In this document: positions 28,741-38,902 of the stretch, piece by piece | How positions within the stretch are numbered: the stretch's first letter is position 1 | Layout of the letters: the number at the start of each line of letters is the position of its first letter | IMG/VR virus record: IMGVR_UViG_3300035659_001663 | Coordinates: 9,183-73,182 of that record | DNA length: 64,000 bases | Strand: one strand, 5' to 3' | Origin: a virus | Position numbers and translations under genes: made by a program | The notes under the pieces: generated by a model | Databases searched by the model: none | What the model was told of the DNA's origin: nothing | What the model saw: only the letters and a program-made list of their open reading frames with translations

Positions 28741-31398
28741 ATGGCTGATGAGATTGAAGATCGAGAAGAAGATCAAGAAGAGCAAGTGAATATTGATCAA
28801 GAAATTGGTCAGTTTGATGTGAAGTCACATGAAGTATTGCCTAAGATGTATTTGGCTTATGCTTTGAGTGTCATCAAAGATCGATCATTGCCAGATATTC
28901 GTGACGGGCTAAAGCCTGTTGCACGACGTATACTATTCAGCATGAATGAAATGGGTCTTATGCATAACAAGCCGACAAGGAAATCTGCAAGAGTTGTTGG
29001 CGACGTTATGGGCAGACTTCATCCTCATGGCGACGGGGCAATATATGGCACTGCCGTCCGAATCGCGCAACCGTTTACAACTAGATATCCGTTAATAATT
29101 GGTCAAGGTAATTTTGGATCATTAGAAGATCCGCCAGCTGCAATGCGATATACAGAAATGAAGATGGCTGAAATTACGCAAGAGGTTGTAGCTGATCTTG
29201 ACAAAGAGACTGTTGACTTCAAACCTAATTTTGATGGCACATTACAAGAGCCCAAAGTATTGCCTACGAGACTTCCATTGTTTTTGCTGAATGGTTCTAT
29301 TGGCATTGCTGTTGGTATGGCTACTTCTGCACCACCGCACAATTTGACAGAAGTAGTCAATGCATTACTTGCTTTTATTGATAATGAAGACATTACTGTT
29401 GCTGAATTGACAAAGTTTATTAAAGGACCTGATTTTCCGTCAGCAGCATATATGTTCGATTCAAATGTCAAAACTATATATGAAACTGGTCGTGGATCAG
29501 TAATTCTTCGAGCAAAAGCAGAAATCGAAGAGACTAACAAGAGACAACGAATCATAGTTACAGAATTACCATATCATGTAGATAGGTCGAAGTTGATTGC
29601 TCGAATTGCTGAGTTGTATCAAGATAAGGAGAAAAAGCTTGAAGGTATTGAAGGTATTACAGACATTCGAGATGAATCTGATAAGACTGGAACGAGGATA
29701 GTTATTGAGTTGCGTAAGGGTGTCAAAGCCAAGATGGTTTTGAACACACTATATCGTAGAACTGAAATGCAGTCAAAACACTCTATATTGATGAGAGCAT
29801 TGATTAACAATAGTCCTAAGTTAGTCGGGCTGAAGGAAGTGTTTTGGCATTTTGTGGATCATCGTAAGAGTGTTGTTATTAGACGAGCAGAATTTGATCT
29901 TAGGAGTGCAGAAAAACGAGATCATATACTACAAGGATTTTTGATTGCATTTGATAATCTCGACACGGTGATTCAAGATGTCAAGACTTCAAAATCAAAT
30001 GAAGAAACTTACAAGCGACTTCGTAAGTACAAACTGACTGATGAACAAATCAAGGCTATTCTTGAATTGAGAGTTCAACGTCTTGCTCAATTTGAACGTG
30101 ATCAGATTACTACTGAACGTAATGAGTTGGTTGCAAAGATCAATCAATTGCGACAACTATTAGATTCTGAAGACCTTGTGTTACAGACGATAAAGAATGA
30201 ACTCATTGACATTAGAACTAAATATGGTGATGAACGTCGCACAAAGATTATCAAGACGAGGCCTGAAGATGGCGGTGATGGAAATGTTGAGATTAAGGAG
30301 ATTGAAGAGGTTCAAGACGATGAAGTGATAGTGACAGTTACCCATAATGGTTTCGTAAAACGTACTCCGATTACTGAGTATAGGACTCAAAACATCAAAG
30401 GTAAAGGACTAATAGGTTGCGATGTTAAAGACGGAGATTATGTTGAAAGCATGTTCCAACTATCGACTAGAGATGCTACGTTAGTCTTTACAAACAATGG
30501 CAATTGTTACAAGATGAATGTCTATGACATACCGTCATTGGGTCGGACAGCTTCGGGTAGTTCAATTCTAAATGTGATTGGAATGAATGAGGGTGAGAAA
30601 GTTGTAAGAGTGATACCTATTACTAATCTTGATGGTAAAGCGTTTTTGATGGTTAGTAAAAAGGGTCAGATTAAGAAGTTGAAGTCTGAGAAATTGCGTC
30701 GACCAAGATCATCAGGTACTAGAGTGATGGGACTCGATGAAGGTGATTTGTTGGTTGATGTTGCATTCATTGATAAGCAAGACATGAATGTTTTGATGGT
30801 TACAAGGGATGGTATATCAATACGGTTTGAAGAAAAAGCTATTCGTACATCTGGAAAGAGTAGTTCAGGTGTTCGGTCAATAAGACTGCAAGAGAACAAC
30901 TACATCATTTCAATGAATGTGTTTGAGAGTGCTAAGCATGAAGAACAGTTCATAATGATAGTGACTGAAAAGGGTTATTCAAAGAAGACAATATTGAGGA
31001 AATTTCGTATCCAGAAGAGAGGTGGACGTGGAGTTATTTGTATGGACATCAGTAGTACTACTGGCAAAATAGTATCTGCTGGAATTGCAAAGGATGAGAA
31101 GGAACAGTTCATTATTATAACGGCCAAGGGAATTTTGATTCGGTTACGGTCAAAGCAGATTAGAAAACTTGGTCGTAATACTCAAGGTAGTCGCATTCAG
31201 AATGTGCAAAGTAATGACTGTGTAGCAGCTGTTGCATTTCTTGGAATTGTAGATGAAGATGTCAAGTTTGATAAAGTACAAGATGCTGAAACTGATGCGA
31301 ATGAAGTTATTGAGGATAAGGATGATGATAGTGAGTTTGCAAATGATGATGGTGAAGAAGATAATTCAAAAGAAGTAGATGATGACGAAAAAGAGTAA
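28741..31398 (+). CDS. gyrA: Type IIA topoisomerase subunit A (DNA gyrase A-like) with beta-pinwheel CTD and acidic tail
   Basis: LPDIRDGLKPVARRIL, HPHGD, AAMRYTE (catalytic Tyr), GIAVGMATS.PPHNL, CTD blade repeats. Confidence 0.95.
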   Translation: MADEIEDREEDQEEQVNIDQEIGQFDVKSHEVLPKMYLAYALSVIKDRSLPDIRDGLKPVARRILFSMNEMGLMHNKPTRKSARVVGDVMGRLHPHGDGAIYGTAVRIAQPFTTRYPLIIGQGNFGSLEDPPAAMRYTEMKMAEITQEVVADLDKETVDFKPNFDGTLQEPKVLPTRLPLFLLNGSIGIAVGMATSAPPHNLTEVVNALLAFIDNEDITVAELTKFIKGPDFPSAAYMFDSNVKTIYETGRGSVILRAKAEIEETNKRQRIIVTELPYHVDRSKLIARIAELYQDKEKKLEGIEGITDIRDESDKTGTRIVIELRKGVKAKMVLNTLYRRTEMQSKHSILMRALINNSPKLVGLKEVFWHFVDHRKSVVIRRAEFDLRSAEKRDHILQGFLIAFDNLDTVIQDVKTSKSNEETYKRLRKYKLTDEQIKAILELRVQRLAQFERDQITTERNELVAKINQLRQLLDSEDLVLQTIKNELIDIRTKYGDERRTKIIKTRPEDGGDGNVEIKEIEEVQDDEVIVTVTHNGFVKRTPITEYRTQNIKGKGLIGCDVKDGDYVESMFQLSTRDATLVFTNNGNCYKMNVYDIPSLGRTASGSSILNVIGMNEGEKVVRVIPITNLDGKAFLMVSKKGQIKKLKSEKLRRPRSSGTRVMGLDEGDLLVDVAFIDKQDMNVLMVTRDGISIRFEEKAIRTSGKSSSGVRSIRLQENNYIISMNVFESAKHEEQFIMIVTEKGYSKKTILRKFRIQKRGGRGVICMDISSTTGKIVSAGIAKDEKEQFIIITAKGILIRLRSKQIRKLGRNTQGSRIQNVQSNDCVAAVAFLGIVDEDVKFDKVQDAETDANEVIEDKDDDSEFANDDGEEDNSKEVDDDEKE

Positions 31399-31612
31399 AG
31401 ATCATATATCAGTGTGGCCATTTAGGCAAGCGCCGTCTGATATCAAAGAATTGACGTCTCAGGGTGATGATGAAGATTGGGTTGTATTTATTCCAAAAGC
31501 GCTTGCAGTTTCAGATAATCCGAAACCTTTTTGGATAGAAGCAACTGATAGTATGCGAGAACCAGTTCAGATTGAAGTTGAAGATGGCACATTTTTTGTT
31601 GGATGTCATTAG
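31379..31612 (+). CDS. Small hypothetical protein between gyrA and topA
   Basis: Fills the intergenic gap with a plausible globular sequence. Confidence 0.55.
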   Translation: MMTKKSKDHISVWPFRQAPSDIKELTSQGDDEDWVVFIPKALAVSDNPKPFWIEATDSMREPVQIEVEDGTFFVGCH

Positions 31613-31620
31613 GAGAAATA

Positions 31621-33675
31621 ATGAAGACATTAATTATTGTAGAGTCACCTGGTAAAATCAAGACTATTCAAGGTATATTGGGTGCGAATTATTTGATAAA
31701 AGCTACGATTGGGCATCTGTACCACATTGATCCCAAAGATGATGCCATTGACATTGAAAACAATTTCGAACCAAGATATGTGGCTATTACAAAGAAGAAA
31801 GATGTAATTAAAGATCTCAAAACAGCTGCGGCAACTTGTGACGACGTCATTATTTGTAGTGATGAAGACCGTGAAGGAGAAAATATTGCATTTTCTGTAG
31901 CAAAATTTGTTCTTAAAGATTTGAATGTGAAAAGAGCGGCATTTCAGGAGATAACAAAGACTGCAATATTGAATGCTGTAAGAAATCCTCGAAGAATTAA
32001 CATGGACTTAGTGAATGCACAGAAAGCGCGGTCTGTGCTAGATATGCTTGTAGGATTCAAAGTGTCACCGATATTGTGGAGAAAAGTTTGTAATGGTACA
32101 TCAGCTGGTCGAGTACAATCTATTGGTCTCATGCTTATTGTAGAGCGCCAAAAAGAAATCGATGCATTCAAACCCGAAGAGTATTGGGATATTACTGGAT
32201 TGTTTTCTACGAGTAAAAACGAAGAATTCAAATCTACGTATAAGAGTGACGAGAAGTTAATCTCAGAAGGTCAAGTTTCAAGTATACTGGATTCTATAGG
32301 CAAGATCAAGACTTGGTCTGTGAAGTCAATCTCCAAATCTAGAAAGAACAGATCGCCACAACCAGTATTCAATACTTCATCATTACAGCAATTCTGTTCT
32401 TCGACCTTCAGTTGGGACGGTAAAAAGACGATGAAAGTCGCTCAGTCACTTTACGAAGGGTTTGCGATTGGCAATCATGAACGAATGGGATTGATAACAT
32501 ATCATAGAACAGATACTGTCGTAGTTAGTACTGAAGCTATGACAGGTCTAAGAGACTTCATCAAGACTTCTTTTGGTAGCAAGTATTTGCCTGATCAACC
32601 AATCATCTACAAGTCAAAGAACAAAAATGCACAAGAAGCACACGAAGGCATACGACCAACTCATTTGGAAATCTCTCTGAGTGAAGCAAAGAAAAGTCTT
32701 GAAGAAGATGAATATAGATTGTATGAAGCAATCTACTACAAATTTGTCTCTTGCCAAATGACAGACGCAATATTTGATGTCACTAAGATTGAGATTACTT
32801 CAAGTGATAACAAACACATGTTTGTTGCAAATGGACAAGTCTTAGTATTTGATGGATTTTTGAAGTGTTGGCCATATTCGACTGCTAAAGAGGAATCATT
32901 ACCAAGTTTAGTTGAAAATGAGAATGTAGTATTGAAAGATTCGAAGGGTGAACAGCATTTTACAAAGCCACCAGCAATGTATAATACAGCGTCTGTAGTT
33001 AAGAAGCTTGAAGAAGAGGGTATTGGTCGGCCGTCAACGTATGCGACTATTATTGACACTTTGCTGAAGAGACAATATGTGGAGAAAAAGGGCAAAGCAT
33101 TTGTGCCGACTGAATTGGGAAAGAAAGTTGGTGAGTATTTAGTGAGTGCGTTTCCTGAATTGATGAACATGAATTTTACAGCACGTATTGAAGATCAGCT
33201 TGATGACGTTGCCGATGCTACAAAGGTTTGGTATAATGTAGTTGATGGATTTTATACAGAACTTAAGAAGCGGTTAGATGTGGCTAAAGAATCTAAGGGT
33301 GTGAAAAATCAAGGTACAACTGATATTACATGTCCTACGTGTAACAAGTTTAAGTTGGTGAAAAGATTTAGTAGGTTTGGATCATTTTATGGTTGCGATG
33401 GATTTCGTGACAAAGAAAATCAATGCACAGCGACATTCAAGATCGGGCCTGAAGGCGAGCCAATCGTCAAAGAAGTAAAAGAGAAGCGATATCTTGAGGG
33501 TGTAAAGTGTGACAAGTGTGGATCGCCAATCATAATTAGGACTGGGCACAAGTCAGGCAAAGAATTCGGTGGGTGTTCGAAATTTCCTAAGTGTCATAGA
33601 ATGTTCTCTATGGATGGCTCGCCAATTGAATATAAGAGCAAACATCATAAAAAGTCTAAAAAAGATGAAGACTGA
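31621..33675 (+). CDS. topA: DNA topoisomerase I (type IA) with C-terminal Zn-ribbons
   Basis: AGGAG RBS before ATG 31621; IVESPGK, DEDREGE, SAGRVQS, ITYHRTD, AQEAHEGIRPT, GIGRPSTY; two C4 ribbons. Confidence 0.96.
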   Translation: MKTLIIVESPGKIKTIQGILGANYLIKATIGHLYHIDPKDDAIDIENNFEPRYVAITKKKDVIKDLKTAAATCDDVIICSDEDREGENIAFSVAKFVLKDLNVKRAAFQEITKTAILNAVRNPRRINMDLVNAQKARSVLDMLVGFKVSPILWRKVCNGTSAGRVQSIGLMLIVERQKEIDAFKPEEYWDITGLFSTSKNEEFKSTYKSDEKLISEGQVSSILDSIGKIKTWSVKSISKSRKNRSPQPVFNTSSLQQFCSSTFSWDGKKTMKVAQSLYEGFAIGNHERMGLITYHRTDTVVVSTEAMTGLRDFIKTSFGSKYLPDQPIIYKSKNKNAQEAHEGIRPTHLEISLSEAKKSLEEDEYRLYEAIYYKFVSCQMTDAIFDVTKIEITSSDNKHMFVANGQVLVFDGFLKCWPYSTAKEESLPSLVENENVVLKDSKGEQHFTKPPAMYNTASVVKKLEEEGIGRPSTYATIIDTLLKRQYVEKKGKAFVPTELGKKVGEYLVSAFPELMNMNFTARIEDQLDDVADATKVWYNVVDGFYTELKKRLDVAKESKGVKNQGTTDITCPTCNKFKLVKRFSRFGSFYGCDGFRDKENQCTATFKIGPEGEPIVKEVKEKRYLEGVKCDKCGSPIIIRTGHKSGKEFGGCSKFPKCHRMFSMDGSPIEYKSKHHKKSKKDED

Positions 33676-33842
33676 TGTAGGGTTTGTTTCAGATACTCTG
33701 CTACCAGAAGAACTTCGCCGGACTGCTACAAAACAATTACTTCTCTTCGTTTTAACAACATTACCGTAATCTGATTGCCGTTCACATCTTTTGATATTTT
33801 GTGCATATTTAATATGCGCTATATTAAAGGAGATGAAGTCTT

Positions 33843-34031
33843 ATGTATTCAAAGACGGGTCTCAGATGTCCGGACTGCAATGAGATTAAAGATGCCATGA
33901 TTCGTATTGTAATAGAGTTAGTTGACAAGAAATCAAAAGAAATAATTGAAGTCACGTACGGTGAGATAGTTTGCACTGATTGCTTTCAGGTTAGATACAA
34001 GGGTCGCACGAAGTTGAGAATTTATGTTTAA
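33843..34031 (+). CDS. Small Zn-ribbon protein
   Basis: CPDC...CTDC; AAGGAG RBS. Confidence 0.65.
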   Translation: MYSKTGLRCPDCNEIKDAMIRIVIELVDKKSKEIIEVTYGEIVCTDCFQVRYKGRTKLRIYV

Positions 34032-34042
34032 GGAGGTAAACG

Positions 34043-34849
34043 ATGGACACTACAGTTACTAATATAACAACAATGTGGGGATTTTTTGCTCATCTTGGAC
34101 CGATACAAGTTACAGCTATGGTGTTAGTTATTGCTATTGTATTGATGATAATTATACTTGTGACTAAGCCGACAATCAAAATAGGGTCGAATAGTATTTC
34201 ATTTAGGAAAAGATTAGACGATGAAGATGATGAAAAGTTACCTGCACATGCTACATGTATACATAATGTTGATTTTTGTCATATAGTTTCAAAGACGACA
34301 GAGATTGTGACAAAGTTGTGCTATATTGACCACATTGATCGTGTAGAGAAACAAATGTCATATGTTGAAGAGAAGATGACGACAGTCAAGTCGATGTTGT
34401 TAGATAATTATTCGATGTTACTTAGAAGTAAGATTAAAGATTCGACATCAATTACAGCACATGAAGATTATATTACTTACCATAGGTTGGTCGAATCAAT
34501 GTTGCGAGAGGATGTAAAGAGTTTTATAAAACGATCTATTTATGAAGAGAATTTTGAAGATTTAACTGATACTGAATTTAAAGTGTTTGTTAATGAAAAA
34601 TTTGATTATATGTATCAGATAGCGAGTGAGTTTATGGACATCTGGTACATTAGTAATAAGATGCTAATTACTAGAGATGAAATAAAAATGTCTGCTTTAC
34701 AGTTAAGGCCTAAATTTCTAGACCTGTGTTTTGATGTTTATTCACGTGCAATTCGGTGGTTTCAAGAACAACAAAAAGAGAAAGATTCATTGCGCAAAGA
34801 GCTGGATGATTTTTATTATAAAATCGTCGGCATCAAGCGTACAAATTAA
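34043..34849 (+). CDS. Membrane protein with a single N-terminal TM helix (holin-like candidate)
   Basis: Hydrophobic stretch VTAMVLVIAIVLMIIILV followed by a helical soluble domain. Confidence 0.55.
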   Translation: MDTTVTNITTMWGFFAHLGPIQVTAMVLVIAIVLMIIILVTKPTIKIGSNSISFRKRLDDEDDEKLPAHATCIHNVDFCHIVSKTTEIVTKLCYIDHIDRVEKQMSYVEEKMTTVKSMLLDNYSMLLRSKIKDSTSITAHEDYITYHRLVESMLREDVKSFIKRSIYEENFEDLTDTEFKVFVNEKFDYMYQIASEFMDIWYISNKMLITRDEIKMSALQLRPKFLDLCFDVYSRAIRWFQEQQKEKDSLRKELDDFYYKIVGIKRTN

Positions 34850-34870
34850 ACCAAATGAAGGAGATGCATC

Positions 34871-35269
34871 ATGCCAATCTATGAATTCGTGTGTAAGAGC
34901 TGTGGTCTTGAATTTGATGACATGAGAAAAGTTGATGATGTTAAAGCTAACTGTCCAGTATGTGGATCTGAGTCTGAGAAGTTAATGTCTGCAGCAGCTG
35001 TCGTTGTAAAAGGAAGTACTAATGCTTCTATAGATACTATAATTGGTGCAGATGCAGAAAAACGGTGGACAGCAATTGAAGAACGTAAGAACAAGCGTAA
35101 TAAAGAACAATTTGGATCAATTTCACAACAAGAATTGAATCAGAAAAACCAGCAACGAATCTCAGGGTTACTAAATAGACAGAATGAAGCTTATAGCGCA
35201 ATTAGTAAAGCAAAAGCTGAAGCGGGAGTGACAAGGAAACAAGAGCTAGATCATGTTCTGAAAGGATAA
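34871..35269 (+). CDS. FmdB-family zinc-ribbon protein
   Basis: MPIYEFVCKSCGLEFD...CPVCGS..EKLMS. Confidence 0.85.
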   Translation: MPIYEFVCKSCGLEFDDMRKVDDVKANCPVCGSESEKLMSAAAVVVKGSTNASIDTIIGADAEKRWTAIEERKNKRNKEQFGSISQQELNQKNQQRISGLLNRQNEAYSAISKAKAEAGVTRKQELDHVLKG

Positions 35270-35272
35270 AAT

Positions 35273-36619
35273 ATGTTCAAAGTTGTGATTTCATCTAAGC
35301 TTGAAAGTATCTTACGAAGTAGAATGGTCAAGTGCGCGACTGATTGGCGTGACCAATATGTGATACATACTACTCCAGGTGGTAAGCAGACTCGTGTTAA
35401 GATTAGATCATTGCCGCCTGAAGAGCAAGCAAGATATGCACCTAAGAAAACTACAACAGGTTTTGAATTGTCACCAGTGCAAATTCAGTCTGAAGTGAAA
35501 GATTTTCAGACATCAGCTAATACGGCTAAGACATTGACTAACAAGTCGACATTGACGGCAGCTGAACAAGCACAGTTAAAAGATGCAAATAGAAAAAATC
35601 GACAGGCATTTGAACGATTATACAGCAATTTCTTGCCAATGATATCAAAAACAATGAAAACAGTTATTGGTGAACGATGGCACAATACTACAACAGCAGA
35701 TAGAGAAGACATTAAGCAGCAGGCTGCACAAATATTTGTAAAATTGCTTAACATTGCTGACGCTAATAATCCAGGACTAATTAGTTATTTCAAAACTTCA
35801 ATAGAGAATCAGTTAAGAGGAAAAGTACGTGAGATTTTTAGAACGCCTGTTTCAATGGATCCAAAAGAACGACAAAAACTCAGAGCCATACAAAGATATT
35901 TGCACGAATATCAACAGAAGTATGGTGAAATGCCGTATGATTATGATGAAATGGCTAGAGACATAAACAGAGATAAGAAAAATATAGAGAAACAAATCAC
36001 TACAGATGCAACTGAAATTGGTGCATTACTACAAAGCGGTGTTGTAAGCCTAGAAGAACGAGTTGATGAAGGCGGTAGTAGCAGAGACATTCATGAAGTA
36101 TTAGGTCCATCAAAAGTTAGACCTGGTGCCGGAGATACTTTATTGACTCCTGAAGAAGAGCAAACAGAAAAAGAAATGAAAAGTGTTGTCTTACATAGTA
36201 TAGAATCTATGGGCGATGCTACAAAAGAAAAAGTTTTGAAGTTAAAGTTTGGTCTTATGCCACAGAATGAATTGCCTGAAGGGTATTTTGAGGGTGAAGA
36301 ATTGAATCCTAGACAAATTTCTGAAATAATGGGCATGCCGCGATCAACAGTCAGTAGAGAAATAGACAGAGCAGAAGCTAGATTGCGGCAAAATAAAGAT
36401 ATACAACGATTGCGACAGTCTTCATCAATTTTTAGAATTATCAAGTCATATAACAAACACATAAAAATTGCATATGTGCCAGATAAAATAGTGAAAATAT
36501 CAAAAGATTCAGTACTATTTGATGATAAATTTTTAGTGAAAAAGTTTGCGAGTCAGATTGTTTGCAATTGTGGTAAAGATTGCTTACATAGAGATGCAGC
36601 AAAACAGTATTTGAACTAA
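35273..36619 (+). CDS. Phage sigma-70-family RNA polymerase sigma factor with N- and C-terminal extensions
   Basis: Region 2 AFERLYSNFLPMI...EDIKQQA...LISYFKTSIENQL; region 3 VSLEERV; region 4 EKVLKLKFGL...LNPRQISEIMGMPRSTVSREIDRAEARLR; C-terminal CNC...CLH. Confidence 0.85.
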   Translation: MFKVVISSKLESILRSRMVKCATDWRDQYVIHTTPGGKQTRVKIRSLPPEEQARYAPKKTTTGFELSPVQIQSEVKDFQTSANTAKTLTNKSTLTAAEQAQLKDANRKNRQAFERLYSNFLPMISKTMKTVIGERWHNTTTADREDIKQQAAQIFVKLLNIADANNPGLISYFKTSIENQLRGKVREIFRTPVSMDPKERQKLRAIQRYLHEYQQKYGEMPYDYDEMARDINRDKKNIEKQITTDATEIGALLQSGVVSLEERVDEGGSSRDIHEVLGPSKVRPGAGDTLLTPEEEQTEKEMKSVVLHSIESMGDATKEKVLKLKFGLMPQNELPEGYFEGEELNPRQISEIMGMPRSTVSREIDRAEARLRQNKDIQRLRQSSSIFRIIKSYNKHIKIAYVPDKIVKISKDSVLFDDKFLVKKFASQIVCNCGKDCLHRDAAKQYLN

Positions 36620-36620
36620 C

Positions 36621-38537
36621 ATGGCGACAATAAAATCAAAATTAACGCAAATTGAATCTAAAGAATCGAATACTGCTTCGTCATTTGAAAACATCTTTAA
36701 TGATTTCATCACGACGATGATCAAGGAAGATGAATTAGTTGATATTCTAACATTTGTTAAGTCACCATATTACTTAAATATTAAAACGCTACAACCGCCA
36801 CAACAGTTCATATTGAAAGTATTTTATGGACTTCAATTAGATGATCAAGATAAATGTATAAGACTAAAATCATTTCCACAGACTAGCAATGTTAAGTTTT
36901 TGACTGAAAAAGAATATGTATTATACTTGATGAATCAAAGAAGATGCAATCTAACATCAATTGATGATATATTAGCTTGTGCTGCCGGAGAATTAGTTTT
37001 AGCTTGCGGTCGAAGAGGTGGCAAAACATTTCTAGCATCAATTATTTCTGCATATGAGTCTTACAAATTGATTATTAAGGACAATCCACAAGCTTATTAT
37101 TCGATGGCTGAAGATGAAGTTATCAAAATCGTAAATATAGCTTCTAGTGGTGATCAAGCTCTTGAACTTGCCACGCAGATTCAGAATAGGATATTCAATT
37201 CTGAATGGTTCTTACCGTATATAGCAAGTTTTAATGATTCAGAAATAAATTTGAGGACTAAGCATGATATCAAGAAGATGAATGATGAAGAGAAACGATA
37301 TGGTAAACCGTTAAAGAAACGGTCTACAATACGAGTTGAATCATTACTTTGCTCTGCAAGAGGATCACGCGGTGGTTCTGTCATTGTGGCATTATTTGAT
37401 GAGTTAGCACACTTTGTTGACAATGAAGGTAACCGTGGTGGTAAGAAGATTTATGAAAGCTTAACACCGTCTGGAGCTACTTTTGGAAAAGATAGCAAAA
37501 TAATTTGCATATCTAGTCCATATACTAAGAGTGGTGTATTTTACGATTTATACTGTACATCATTTGAAGATAAAAACACGAGAATGTTACAGTTGCCGAC
37601 TTGGGAAATGAATCCCAAGATCGATGATGACTTTCTCAAGAATAGATATAAAAAAGACACTGAATCATTCTGGACTGAATATGGTGCACAATTCTCAACT
37701 ACTATTACTGGCTTCTTTAAGTTCCCTGAAAAGATTCAAGAATGTGTCAGTGTTTTAGGTTATACAGATTATGTTGATGAGAACAATGAAGCTAAGAAAG
37801 CACCAATTTATAGACAAGAAACAGAAAGTGCTATAGGAAGACAGCGGTATTATATAGCTCTCGACCCAGCTGTTCAAGCAAATGGTTATTCGTTAGCCAT
37901 GGTTCATTGTGAACGTGATGAGCATAATAGATTAATAGTAGTAGTAGATAAGTGGAGAAAATGGTCGATTAATGATCCTGAATTTTCTGAATATGACTTT
38001 ATAGATATTGAATTGATTGACAACTATGTAATGGATTTGACTAAGAGGTTTAGAGTTGACAAGATAGTGTATGACCAATTTGAATCTGCTGCATCAATAC
38101 AGAAGTTCATAAAGGCAGGTATTGATGCCATTAAGACGCACTTTTCGCGTCAATATAATATGAAAATCTATAAGAATTTGCGGTCTATAATATATGATAA
38201 GCGACTGGCTCTTTTGCATAATGAAGACGGTATAAGAGAATTGGTGTATTTACAAGAGAAAAGTGTTGGTAAGAAGCAATTCACTGTAGAAGCGCCCAAA
38301 ACTGGTGATGTTACAACTGACGACTTAGCAGACGTATTGGCCAACGCAGTATCTATAGCTTTAGAAAATGAGATGGAAAAATCGTCTGCTAGTATCTCAT
38401 CTATTTCTGTTTCTGCTGCTAGTCATGCTCAAGCAGCCGGTGTGAATTTGAGTGGTAGACGGTCATATTCATCTATTGCTGCAATGTCGTCTATGGATAG
38501 ATTGATGCTTGCTAGACGAATGGGAATACATAGATAA
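36621..38537 (+). CDS. terL: Terminase large subunit
   Basis: Walker A CGRRGGKT, Walker B LFDELAH, ISSP coupling motif, RNase H-like ALDPA...YDQF...DDLAD. Confidence 0.92.
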   Translation: MATIKSKLTQIESKESNTASSFENIFNDFITTMIKEDELVDILTFVKSPYYLNIKTLQPPQQFILKVFYGLQLDDQDKCIRLKSFPQTSNVKFLTEKEYVLYLMNQRRCNLTSIDDILACAAGELVLACGRRGGKTFLASIISAYESYKLIIKDNPQAYYSMAEDEVIKIVNIASSGDQALELATQIQNRIFNSEWFLPYIASFNDSEINLRTKHDIKKMNDEEKRYGKPLKKRSTIRVESLLCSARGSRGGSVIVALFDELAHFVDNEGNRGGKKIYESLTPSGATFGKDSKIICISSPYTKSGVFYDLYCTSFEDKNTRMLQLPTWEMNPKIDDDFLKNRYKKDTESFWTEYGAQFSTTITGFFKFPEKIQECVSVLGYTDYVDENNEAKKAPIYRQETESAIGRQRYYIALDPAVQANGYSLAMVHCERDEHNRLIVVVDKWRKWSINDPEFSEYDFIDIELIDNYVMDLTKRFRVDKIVYDQFESAASIQKFIKAGIDAIKTHFSRQYNMKIYKNLRSIIYDKRLALLHNEDGIRELVYLQEKSVGKKQFTVEAPKTGDVTTDDLADVLANAVSIALENEMEKSSASISSISVSAASHAQAAGVNLSGRRSYSSIAAMSSMDRLMLARRMGIHR

Positions 38538-38902
38538 TGAATTATTATGAGAAAATTAAAGACTATCAAGAACGCAGGCGTAAGGCAAGTGAATTAGCAA
38601 GTAAAGTGCCTATAACAGCAGAATCGTTTTTGCAGCAATTGTTGAGCATGAGTAAATTTGCAAATGAATTACCAGTTGAGATAACATATCGTAAGAATAG
38701 ATTGCAAAACAATATTTCAAGCTTAGTACAATGCGTTGATGAATTGAAGTATGAACTACAATCACTGATTAATGATTGTGGTATACAAATACATGGATTG
38801 ATAGTACAACAAAATCTTGAAAAACTAGTAGAGGAGAAGAAAAATGCGTCAAAATCAAACGCCAGATTGGCTCGACGAATTAATCACAAAAGAGAGTCAT
38901 GA
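38537..38902 (+). CDS. Hypothetical helical protein in the head module
   Basis: Start overlaps the terL stop (TAATG). Confidence 0.6.
   Translation: MNYYEKIKDYQERRRKASELASKVPITAESFLQQLLSMSKFANELPVEITYRKNRLQNNISSLVQCVDELKYELQSLINDCGIQIHGLIVQQNLEKLVEEKKNASKSNARLARRINHKRES

Noticed and set aside
26796-33675. Bacterial chromosome origin for the window because of gyrB/gyrA/topA/dnaJ
   Set aside because: Flanked by a complete head module, homing endonucleases and dense single-strand phage-type ORFs; no other housekeeping synteny
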